Origin: Eledone cirrhosa
Taxonomy: Eukaryota
Length of the DNA stretch: 64,000 nucleotides
Assembly (NCBI GenBank): GCA_964016885.1
Contig: OZ024742.1
Location: 203,174,001 to 203,238,000, forward strand
Direction of reading: 5' to 3'
The notes beneath the pieces are model-generated. The model saw only the letters and a list, made by a program, of their open reading frames with translations, did no database searches and was not told the origin of the DNA. Both the position numbers and the translations under genes were made by a program. Of this stretch, positions 13,790-24,109 are shown piece after piece. Every line of letters begins with the position of its first letter. The first letter of the stretch is position 1.

Positions 13790-13945
13790 AGTGGTGAAAT
13801 GGCAGACCGTTAAAACGTCGGATATAATGGTATGCGTTATTGTTCCGGGTCTCTGAATTCTGAGATAAAATTCCTCCGAGGGCAACTATATGTCTTAACC
13901 ATTCAGGGTCAATAAATAAAGCTCTAGTTCTATACTAGAGTCGAT
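13790..13945 (+). mobile_element. Degenerate SINE S1
   Basis: gtggtgaaatggcaga head and decayed core. Confidence 0.6.
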
Positions 13946-14046
13946 TCTTCTTCCATTCTAAATTTCAGAACTAGTAAGAAATTTTATTATAACTAAAATA
14001 TTAATAATAATAACAATAACTATAGCAACAACAACAAAAATAACAA

Positions 14047-14253
14047 GGCTTTCTGATTTAGGCACAAGGCCAACAATTTTGGGGAGGGAAGAAGTTGATT
14101 AAATCGACCCCACTGCATTATGGTACTTCATTTTATCGACCCTGTAAGGATGAAAGGCAAACACCGGCAAGATTTTAACTCAGAACTTTAAGGGTAGTAA
14201 CACTATGCCGCAAAGCATAGTGTCCGATGCTATACCGATACTGCCAATCCATC
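14047..14253 (-). mobile_element. SINE S1
   Basis: Head, core and tail present. Confidence 0.85.
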
Positions 14254-14263
14254 AATCTGTTCA

Positions 14264-14463
14264 TGTTTCCGGATTTAAGTACAAGGCCAACACATTTGGA
14301 GGAGGGAAATGCCAGTTAAATCGACCGGGTGCGTTACTGATACTTTATTTTATCGACTCCGTACGGATAAAAGGCAAAGTTAACCTCGGCGGGATTTAAA
14401 CTCAGAACGTAAAGGTCAGTAAACCATTTTGTCCGACGCTCTATCGATTTTGCCAATCCACCA
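14264..14463 (-). mobile_element. SINE S1 (tandem with the previous copy)
   Basis: Head, core and tail present. Confidence 0.85.
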
Positions 14464-14484
14464 TCTTTAAATTAACCAACTCTC

Positions 14485-14860
14485 TTTCTCTTCTTCTTTG
14501 CCCACTTGTTTCTGACGGGGTCGTGGGAGTAGAGTCCTCAAACACTCCTTTCAGAGGGTGCTGTTAGAAGCAGCCGTCTTCAATTGTTCTGGCTGGATAT
14601 CCAAGCGTGACCAGCCGATCTCATGAATGTTATCCAACCAACTTGCTCTGGGTCTACTCCTGGGTCTCCTGCCGGTTTGTTATGCCCGTAAAATCTGTCC
14701 AGCGAGTCTTTCCTGAAACATTCTAACCATATACCCGTATTAACGGAGCTGTGATCTCTCAATTTGGAGTAGTAGCGCTTCTACCAGAAGCGACTCTCTG
14801 ATCTTCGAGTTACACAAAGACTCTTCGGAGGAAACCCATTTCGACACTTGTATTTGTGGG
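14485..14860 (-). mobile_element. RTE LINE 3' fragment related to 6435-6960
   Basis: Shared blocks tcctcaaacac, aatctgtccag, acattctaacca, cggagctgtgatctct, cttcggaggaa. Confidence 0.7.
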
Positions 14861-14929
14861 TGTATCATTAATCACCTCACCGCAATAATTGTAATATAGA
14901 TGATGAAGACAGAAGTGATTCATATAATG

Positions 14930-15134
14930 GCTTCTTATATAGGCACAAGGCTAGACATTTTGGGGGTGGAGAAAGTCAATTAAATCGACCCCAGTGCGTG
15001 ACTGCTACTTTATTTTATCGACCCCGTAAGGATGAAAGGCAAAGTTAACCTCGGTGGGATTTGAACACAAATCATAAAGAGCCGTAACTCTATGCTGCAA
15101 AGTATGGCGTCCGACCCTCTACCAATACTGCCAA
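14930..15134 (-). mobile_element. SINE S1
   Basis: Head, core and tail present. Confidence 0.85.
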
Positions 15135-15491
15135 GCTGTTCGGTGATGATAAAAATACAGGCAGATATATAACCCAAACCACAAAGCTTACACATACAGG
15201 CAGTATACAAGAAAAAAAAAATGAAAAAAATAGTACTACTCGGCACTGCAAACATATTACGAAGTGTTCTCTCAAATAGAAATAACACCAAACACAACAT
15301 TGCACATATCCCAGGCGTATAGAGCTGTGCTGAGAAATGCAGTAACAACACAATAAAAATAAGACTAAAAGTAGTGTATATATTTGATTCAAGGCCAGCA
15401 GTAGTACAGTTCTGTCAAGGAGACGAACTGTGGAAACACGCCTCTAGAAAACAGCAACTACGCCGGGTCACCGTCAAGGAAAAACAGGAGA

Positions 15492-15702
15492 TGACGTAAC
15501 CTCAACACATTTTTCCTTATTATCAGCCATGGCGGGTTAGTCCTCCACGTAGCGAGTGTTCACAGCAAAAGGAGCGCCTGACTATTAACATGCATCCCCT
15601 CCATAAATAACGAAAGAGCAAACGCTTCAGTTCATACGTCCAAATACATTATTTGCTTTAAAGATAGGTTCTCCCAGTAAACTAATATTTGAATATGTAA
15701 GT
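15492..15702 (+). promoter_or_regulatory. Candidate Pol II promoter and first non-coding exon
   Basis: CRE-like TGACGTAA 15492-99, YY1-like GCCATGGCGG 15526-35, CATAAATA 15602-09, Inr TCAGTT 15627-32, splice donor GTAAGT 15697-702, all in a unique island. Confidence 0.3.
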
Positions 15703-15900
15703 TAGATAAATTCAGTGACCCAGATTCGATACCCGGTTGGATCCGTTTCAAGAACACCGGAGGAGACTGTTCAAACGAAAGAATGATTTAGAGTACTATA
15801 AATACACACACACATATGTGTATATATACAGACACAAAGATATATGCACGTATATGTGTGTTTGTATGTGTTGGGTGTATGTATATATATATATATATAT

Positions 15901-15976
15901 TAGTAAAAAGGAAAAGAAAATGCTGACAAATTTTTCCCAGGAAAACTTTGTTAGCATTTTCTTTTCCTTTTTACTA
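15901..15976. repeat. Short fold-back remnant of the F3 cassette 3' end
   Basis: tagtaaaaaggaaaagaaaatgctgacaaa / tttgttagcattttcttttcctttttacta; matches the ends of the F3 copies at ~17385-17415 and ~45740-45769. Confidence 0.75.
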
Positions 15977-16009
15977 ATATATCACAACTCGTGTGTCACA
16001 CCGCTATTT

Positions 16010-16053
<44 letters not shown>

Positions 16054-16715
16054 TCCCTAAGACGAACCCACAACATACACACGTCAACACACATACCTAC
16101 ATCAGCATACATCCTACATACATTTCTATCCACATATAAACACAATCACATACGTAAACACACATGTTCAGTGGTGCAACACAAATATACACAAATTTGC
16201 ATACCTTTTGATGTCTATAGATATAAACGTGCCGACACACACACACATATACGCACACGTGCATTGCACACTGATGGACACATACATATGTGTACACAAG
16301 TATTCCAATACGGCAGGGCCTAATGGATTCCCCTTGCAGTACGTACAATCTGGACACTCACACACACCTTGGTGTTATGACAATACTATATATCATTTCA
16401 CACCTTTTATTATTAATGTTTTTGATGTTCTCTTGAGAGAATCGTTTTTGCTGAAAATATCGAATAATGTACACCATTTTTACCAGTATCACAAAAATAC
16501 TTGTCCCCTCCCCCCACACACACATACACACATATACACACATACACACATATACACACACACATACACACGCGTCCACTAACATTCAAAGAGACATATA
16601 CACACACACACACACAGTTCTCCGTATAAGACAAGAGCTGAAAAATATCTTTCAACATGTTAAAACACGTACAGACTCATTCCTACTGACCATCCCTCTA
16701 CCACGAATTACTCTG

Positions 16716-16798
<83 letters not shown>

Positions 16799-17190
16799 TT
16801 TGTCTCAATAGACACCTGAACTGTTGACCTTTCAACATGACTGCAATTCACACACACATCCCTACTGACCATTATCACAACAATAAACCTCTTTACTACA
16901 CACACGCACACACATATTTGTCTTAAAAGACTTATTTTTCAGTGACTTCTCAATCAGGCGAAAAACGACACTCTTCGACAAACCTACATTTGGCGCAAAA
17001 TCAATTTGTAACATTCACGTGACCTCTACCGACCAATCAAAATTGCTTTGACCACAAGAATTTTTGCAACACGAATTGGCGCGAAACTTATTTTAATACC
17101 TCTGGAGCCACTTTTTTCACATAAAACAGGTAGAATTTCCAAAACTAATCAGATTAGAGCAAACATCACGGGCGCTCTATCTCAAAATTA

Positions 17191-17226
17191 TTTTTGAAAA
17201 GCATTAGAAATGCGCAACCGGTAAAA
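17191..17226 (+). ncRNA. Variant minimal hammerhead F3 (UUGAAAA ... GCAA-CCGG-UA)
   Basis: ttt ttgaaaa gcat-tagaa-atgc gcaa ccgg ta aaa; the same core occurs in 4 more copies at 44887-45655. Confidence 0.55.
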
Positions 17227-17275
17227 ACTTAAAACTAAAACTGAATACTAACCAATACTTATTACTTATTTTTAC

Positions 17276-17334
17276 AAAATAAAGTACCAGTAATGCACTG
17301 GGTAATTGCTGGCCTTGTGCCTAAAGTAGAAACA
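17276..17334 (+). mobile_element. 59-bp 3' fragment of SINE S1 with 15-bp TSD
   Basis: attacttatttttac at 17261-75 and 17335-49; the empty site is visible in the F3 copies near 45130 and 45690. Confidence 0.9.
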
Positions 17335-17413
17335 ATTACTTATTTTTACTTATTCCTAATTAAACTATTTTTCACTGGGAACAATTTGTCAGCATTTTCT
17401 TTTCCCTTTACCA

Positions 17414-17446
<33 letters not shown>

Positions 17447-17542
17447 TGTGTGTATATATATATATATATATTTGTTTAAGGGAGTTGATAGGTGAAGGCA
17501 TTAATGATAGAGAGAAATTGAGAAAGATGGAACGAGAGAACA

Positions 17543-17624
<82 letters not shown>

Positions 17625-17833
17625 GCGGGGTTGGGATTTACACATGGCCATTCGTAACAGAAATAAATCAATGATATGTTGAATTGTGAAGCAATAAATA
17701 CAGATGACTGCGACGGAAAAATTGGACCAATTTATATGTTCGCTTGTTATGGAAGATGGAATGGAACAAAAATATTAAATGCTAACAAATATATATATAT
17801 ATAAATATATATAGAGAGCGAGCGAGATATAAA

Positions 17834-17881
17834 TCCCGACCGCGGCGCCAAGCGGTTTCAGCTTGTGTGCTCAGCAAGCCT

Positions 17882-17886
<5 letters not shown>
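17834..17886 (-). ncRNA. Hammerhead motif F4 (5' strand of stem I replaced by (TA)n)
   Basis: Minus: tgaaaa ggcttg-ctgagcaca-caagct gaaa ccgc-ttggcgcc-gcgg tc ggga; GUC site; palindromic ggcgcc in loop III. Confidence 0.7.
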
Positions 17887-17943
<57 letters not shown>

Positions 17944-18016
17944 TTATAAACACACACACGCACACACATATATATATGTTTATATATATATGAATGTGTA
18001 TATATATATACATACA

Positions 18017-18081
<65 letters not shown>

Positions 18082-18523
18082 AAATCAAAAGATGGTTAAA
18101 AGAGTTCCAAGTATTGGGGCTTGGAAAAAGTAAGGAAGAGGAAGAGATGGGAGTAAAGGATGGTGGGGGGAGGAGTATAAGAAGGAAGGATGAGAGAGGA
18201 GGAGAGATGGGTGATAGAGAGAGAGAGAGAGATAGCCTTTACAACTGAGAAAAAAAAATATATGTCTCACAGAGAGAAATTAAAAAGCCGTTGGAAGATA
18301 ATAGATAATTTAAAAGATTTTGAAATTAAAAGTTAGTCAGGTTTATGCATGAAGAAAAAGGATTTAAGAATAGTATTAAGTTAAGGTTTGTATATTGAAG
18401 GGTTTAATAATATGTGCAAGGAAAAGAATTTATTAATATGTATTATAAAAATAAAAATATTGATGTTATTAAGGATATAATGTGAAAAGAATGAGAAGAA
18501 TGAATGAGTTATGGATTTAGAGG

Positions 18524-18882
18524 AATTAGTTAGGGTTTAAGTTTGTTTTTATGTAATGTAATATGTGTACGTAAATAGTTTGTTTAAAATGAGCTCGGAA
18601 GGAAAGAAAAGAATGTTTAAGGAAGAAAATATCTAACATAAAAAAGTATATATGTTTACGAAATATTTTCTAATGGTAATAATATAATATATTAAAAGAA
18701 ATTAGTTAGGGTTTAAGTTTGTTTTTATGTATTGTAATATGTAAAAGTCAAATTAAGTAGTTGTTTAAACGAGCATGAAAGGATGGAGGAGATAAGAAAA
18801 ATTTAAGGAAGAAAAAAATCTAACGTCAAAAATTATATGTTTACGAAGGACTTCTAATGGTAATACTATAATGTATTAAAAA
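18524..18882. repeat. Two diverged direct copies of a ~176-bp unit in the putative Penelope 3' region
   Basis: aattagttagggtttaagtttgtttttatgta at 18524 and 18700. Confidence 0.8.
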
Positions 18883-19157
18883 AATAATGTTTATGGCCAA
18901 TGATATGAGGAAAGATGGAAGAATGGATAATGTTGTGGTGATTATTGAGAAGTAGTTGGGAAGAAAGGTACAGATTAGAGGTTAGAAATTAAAAAGAAAA
19001 AAGGAAGAAAGAAAAATGATAAAGAGGAATGATATAGAATGGGTAAACTGTATTATATAATATATAATATTGAAATAAGATAGAAAGATGGGTATATTTG
19101 TAAAAGATATATAAGCCTTTGGGAAAAAAGATTTTAAACTAGTGATGTATTATGATA

Positions 19158-19640
19158 TTAGCTGTATACTTTATGGAATGTTTTGTGGAATTTATGCAAG
19201 CAGAGAGAAAATAAATCCGTGCGTCTATTTATTATAGAATTGAAATTAGATATAATGGTAAATTTCTCTGCTAGGCAGAGATTACATGTTCTGGATAGGG
19301 TAGAATTCAGATAAGGAAAGGCAGAACAAACCTTCCTCCAAGAGATGTTATAGTTAATATTTTTTGTCTTTCAAGGACCATATGAGTTCCGAGAGTGACG
19401 TATTAGTTCTTTTCAGTTGGTATCTAAAAGACGAATTGTGATTATAAAATCTAGCTTTGAAAGAAGTGGAGGTGGAACCGAAATAGGTAAAGGAATTGGT
19501 ATCAGTTATAACCTTACATTCATAGACTAAGTTTTTATCAAGACAATGGTTATTAAGAGGACATTTAGTTCTAACCATCTTTTGAGTGCTACTTATCCGA
19601 TATTTGCATTGCTTTATTGTGCTAAAATAAAACTCACCTC
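19158..19640 (-). pseudogene. Penelope-like element GIY-YIG endonuclease C-terminal remnant (frameshifted, truncated by (TA)n)
   Basis: CPLNNHCLDKNLVYECKV...TYFGSTSTSFKARFYNHNSSF...TSLSELIWSLK, then after a frameshift YNISWRK...CNLCLAEKFTI...INRRTDLFSLCLHK; motif spacing typical of PLE GIY-YIG domains. Confidence 0.85.
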
Positions 19641-19641
19641 C

Positions 19642-19718
<77 letters not shown>

Positions 19719-20118
19719 GTATGTATAAAAGTCATATATATATATATATAGAGAGAGAGAGGGATATATAGATAGATAGATATATAGATAGATAGATAGA
19801 TATAGATATGGATATAGATATATATATAAGCCATAAAAAATACACAGCGTATGGAATAAAACAATATATCTCTGTGGATCATCAGCGTTTGTAAGATATT
19901 TAGTTTAACTCTAACACGCATGTAAACTTGAGATAACATCAGCATATTTCAATACTCTGTCATATTAACAAACAGTTAATATTTATGTATGAGTTTTGTT
20001 TTTACATCCCAGCCATCCACTACATAAACTAATGGATGGCTGTAATGTTGAACGTTTTAAATTTTCGAGTCTAAATTTTCGATTGTTATGCGAGATTATT
20101 GTATATATGAATTATAAT

Positions 20119-20306
20119 TTTTTTTCTACTTTTGGCACAAGGCCAGCAATTACCCAGTACATTACTGTTACTTTATTTTATTCACCCCGTAAGGATGAAA
20201 GGCAAAGTTAACCTCGACGGGATTTGAACTCAGACCATAAAGGGACGTAACTATGCTGGAAAGAATGGCGTCCGACCCTCTACGGATACTGCCAATTCAC
20301 CGCCTT
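20119..20306 (-). mobile_element. Full-length SINE S1 with 15-bp TSD
   Basis: tatatgaattataat at 20104-18 and 20307-21. Confidence 0.9.
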
Positions 20307-20819
20307 TATATGAATTATAATACAAACTGAGAAATGTTTGTTTTGATAAATAATTTTTTGCATAAGAGAAGCCCTATAATTCATATTGTTTTTAGTCAAT
20401 TGTTTATGGTGGTCAACAGAGAGACAGTTTGCACGGTCAGTGACAAGCAGATGAAATATAGAAAAAATTGAAAGAGGAGGAGGAAAAGGAGAGATGTGTT
20501 GGTGCACAGAAGTGACCAGAAGTGGAAACAAAGAAAGACGATGTACAGGACAAGTTTACATACACACATCTTCATCCTCTCAGCTCTCAAACCAGCAAAA
20601 TGGATTGTCTCTCTAACCTCTGAGGCATTTTGCCCATCTCTGTCTTTGACAGCATCTAGCTGTTTTAACGGCTGTTCTAGGGATGAGCTTTCTCATTTTT
20701 ATATCTATTCAAATACATTCCCCTCTCGTCTCGATCAGAGACAACATTGTTTTTTCATTATATATATATGTATATGCACCTTATATATATATATATATAT
20801 ATATATGGGATTAAAGGTA

Positions 20820-21030
20820 TGAATCTTCTTGTGACGCTGAACTCCGCCAGTTTCAGACTGCACATTAACATGTGATATCTCTTTCCACAAAGTTCGATCA
20901 CCAATAGCAGAGTTCAAAGAGCAAAGATCAAGTCCAGTCCATAAGTTGACATTGTCAAGCCATCGTTTTGGCTGCCGGCCTCTGCTTCTCTTACCAGCCA
21001 GCCTTCCTTCAAGGCATAACCTATTCACAC
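20820..21030 (-). mobile_element. RTE-clade LINE 3' end
   Basis: LEGRLAGKRSRGRQPKRWLDNV...DRTLWKEI, the RTE C-terminal motif. Confidence 0.8.
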
Positions 21031-21784
21031 CACGAGTTGATCTTTTTGTATGGTCGTATAATTTGAGGAGTACTTTTGATGTAATTGGTCTAAGTTTGGT
21101 AATGTTGAGGACCTTGTAACTGGAAAGTTAACTTTGTAGCAACACGATTGAGATAAGAAATGCACTGTGTGCAATTGTGTGTGTGTGTAAATTTGGAAGT
21201 CTTACATACAAAAACACAGAGCGAAATATTGGTGGTATTGGTTTTTGAGATATGTACCGTACTAAAGTTTATGCGAGAAGGCGGGTGGCTTATGTGTTTA
21301 CAGTATTCAACTCACAAGCATAAAGTCGTGAGCTCTATTTCCAGCAGCGCATTGTTGCCTCGCGCATGTCACTTTAATTCTCGTTACTCCAGTCCATTCA
21401 GATACAAAAAAAAAAAAATAGTTGTAAAAAAAAATCTGTAATTCTAAAAGCCAGTATTGTTATACAAGCTTTCAAGCTGAATCTCCCCGAGAATTACGTT
21501 AAATGTTCATATGGCAGTGGAATACACAACCAATTGCAAGTTAATTTAATGAGCATACGTTCCATTAGTAAAACAACTAAAACTCTTGCCTTCGGAACAA
21601 CAACGGATGTCTAGTGACAAATCCAGACACAAACATCCTAGACAGCATTTAGTGAAAAAGCCACTTGATTAATTGGTATATATCAGTCACAGACATATAC
21701 AAGCCTTTTGTTCACACACGTACAGACTCGTCTCTCCCCTCTCTCTCTGCCTCTTCTATTGCTACTATTTTTTCTCTTATTTCT

Positions 21785-22098
21785 CGTAATTCCTATGGAG
21801 TCGTAGGAATGCCGCAGTAGCATATGGCGTTTCTAGGGCACATTAAGCCTAACGGAGCCCGTCTCCTCTCCAGGTCTGAATATAGCATATTTATTCCAGA
21901 GAAGGACAGAGAGTGAGAGAATGGAAGTTAGAAAGAGATATAGAGAAATATCGACCTCAGTACTAGACTAGTACATTTTTATCGAAATTATGAAAGGTAA
22001 AGTTAACCTCGGTGGAATTTGAACTCAGTGAGTTGAGAGATGGAACGAATACCACAAAGCATTCTGTCTGATGTTCTAATGACTGACAATTCACCGCC
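21785..22098 (-). mobile_element. Old SINE S1 head/core (21950-22098) with the alternative tail (21785-21905)
   Basis: Same arrangement as 13254-13530. Confidence 0.6.
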
Positions 22099-22415
22099 TT
22101 ATTGCTACTATATTGACTGGTACAGCAGGTGACCAACATGATATATAAATTTCAATGTAAACATGAAACTCGTGAACCTCATTACCAGAATTGTTACATC
22201 GGTGACACAAACACGATACTTCAACATTGGTTAACACTGGGCTTACAATAAGGAACCATCAAAACACATTTTCATACAATCCATGCAAAAAGAAAAAAAA
22301 ACCATAGGTAGGACAGTATGACTTGTTAACATGATCTTTGTATATAGAATTCCACACGAAACAAGGCGTATAAGTATGGAGGCTTTCCTAATACCAAAAT
22401 AAAAACCACAATTAA

Positions 22416-22636
22416 CACTTTAGCATTTACATTACTCTATATATACTGTTGTATTTTCGTGATAAAATCTTTGTCTCACATAATTATCTCATATAATATT
22501 GAATCTATGAGATTTTGATATTATTTATTTTGAGAACAATACCTTAATATAGGTATGGGCGGCCGGTTACAGCCGGTTTGAACAGAAAGAGGTGGGAGAA
22601 TTCTGACCGGATATAGCCGGTTTAAATGCAAAAGGA
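22416..22636. mobile_element. piggyBac-like MITE
   Basis: TTAA at 22412-15 and 22637-40; imperfect TIRs cactttagcattta / taaatgcaaaagga; internal ccgg..agccggttt repeats. Confidence 0.6.
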
Positions 22637-22791
22637 TTAACACAACTATACAATATGAGAGAAACGAATATAACTGACATGCTTCAACCGTTCAGAAATC
22701 ACAAATCAGGCGTCTATGATTTCCTACCACTCCCATGATAATTTACAACTGTTAAGCACATGACTAATACGTCACTAGTATGACTTTTCGG

Positions 22792-22830
22792 ATTCTGAAG
22801 AAAGGGCTCTGAAGGGATCGAAACGTTAAT
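22792..22830 (+). ncRNA. Minimal hammerhead motif F12
   Basis: att ctgaaga aa gggctc-tgaa-gggatc gaaa cg tt aat; palindromic AACGTT; helix II is weak. Confidence 0.5.
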
Positions 22831-22986
22831 ACACACATGGATGTAAGCACGCTAGTGTTACAAACTAAGCATAAAGTACAAAGCAAATATGAAAAAGGCT
22901 TTAATAGAAATGATCAAACTAGAGCACCGTTTTGTTTTCACTAGAATGTTTTATAAAGAATAGTTGTTCCCTATAAATATAAATAA

Positions 22987-23118
<132 letters not shown>

Positions 23119-23342
23119 ATGTGTGTGTGTGTGTGAGTGAGTGAGTGAGTGTGTGTGTGTGTGTTTGTGTGTGTATTTGTGTTTGTGTGTCTGTGTGTGT
23201 GTAGATATGAGTATGTAGTATATTTGTAAATTCGTATGTGCGTGCACATGTATGCACATACATTTAGAGAGGAGAGCGACTAGATGTGTGAAGAGAAATC
23301 AAGAGATAGGGAGAAGGGAAAAAGAGGAGAGAGCGAGAGAGA

Positions 23343-23425
<83 letters not shown>

Positions 23426-23675
23426 GGGGTAGATAGAAAGAGAGAGGAGACTATATGTAAGAACGGCACCAAAACAACGCCAATAGACCTAGCCAATCTA
23501 AGATGTACTAATCGATAGATCGATATGTTACTTATGTCTCAGAAGACTGTTATGTCTTAAGTTTGCAGTCATCAATTCTGTCTTGTGCGTGGAATTCTCT
23601 GATATGTTGTTGTTGTTGTTCTAGTCATTGTTATTGTTAATATGGTTGTATTTCTAGTGATTGTTGTTGTGATGC

Positions 23676-24093
23676 AGTTGTGGTGAGGGTGTTGTGGTGA
23701 GGGTGTTGTGATGCTGTTGTGGTGAGAGTGTTGTGATGCTGTTGTGGTGAGGGAGTTGTGATGCTGTTGTGGTGAGGGTGTTGTGATGCTGTTGTGGTGA
23801 GGGTGTTATGATGCTGTTGTGGTGAGGGTGTTGTGATGCTGTTGTGGTGAGGGTGTTATGATGCTGTTGTGGTGAGGGTGTTGTGATGTTGTTGTGGTCA
23901 GGGTGTTGTGATGCTGTTGTGGTGAGGGTGGTGTGATGCTGTTGTGGTCAGGGTGTTGTGATGCTGTTGTGGTGAGGGTGTTATGATGCTGTTGTGGTGA
24001 GGATGTTGTGATGCTGTTTTGGTGAGGGTGTTGTGATGCTGTTGTGGGGAGGGTGTTGTGATGCTGTTGTGGTGAGGGTGTTGTGATGCTGTT
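23676..24093. repeat. 25-bp minisatellite (gggtgttgtgatgctgttgtggtga), about 16 copies
   Basis: Direct reading. Confidence 0.9.
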
Positions 24094-24109
24094 CGTTGTA
24101 ATTATAGTT

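Larger units (their letters stand above)
16950..17415 (+). mobile_element. Penelope-like pseudo-LTR cassette F3 (promoter-like region, variant hammerhead, tail ending at (TA)n)
   Basis: 17150-17415 is homologous to 45017-45208 and 45575-45769; upstream E2F-like, E-box and CCAAT motifs. Confidence 0.6.
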
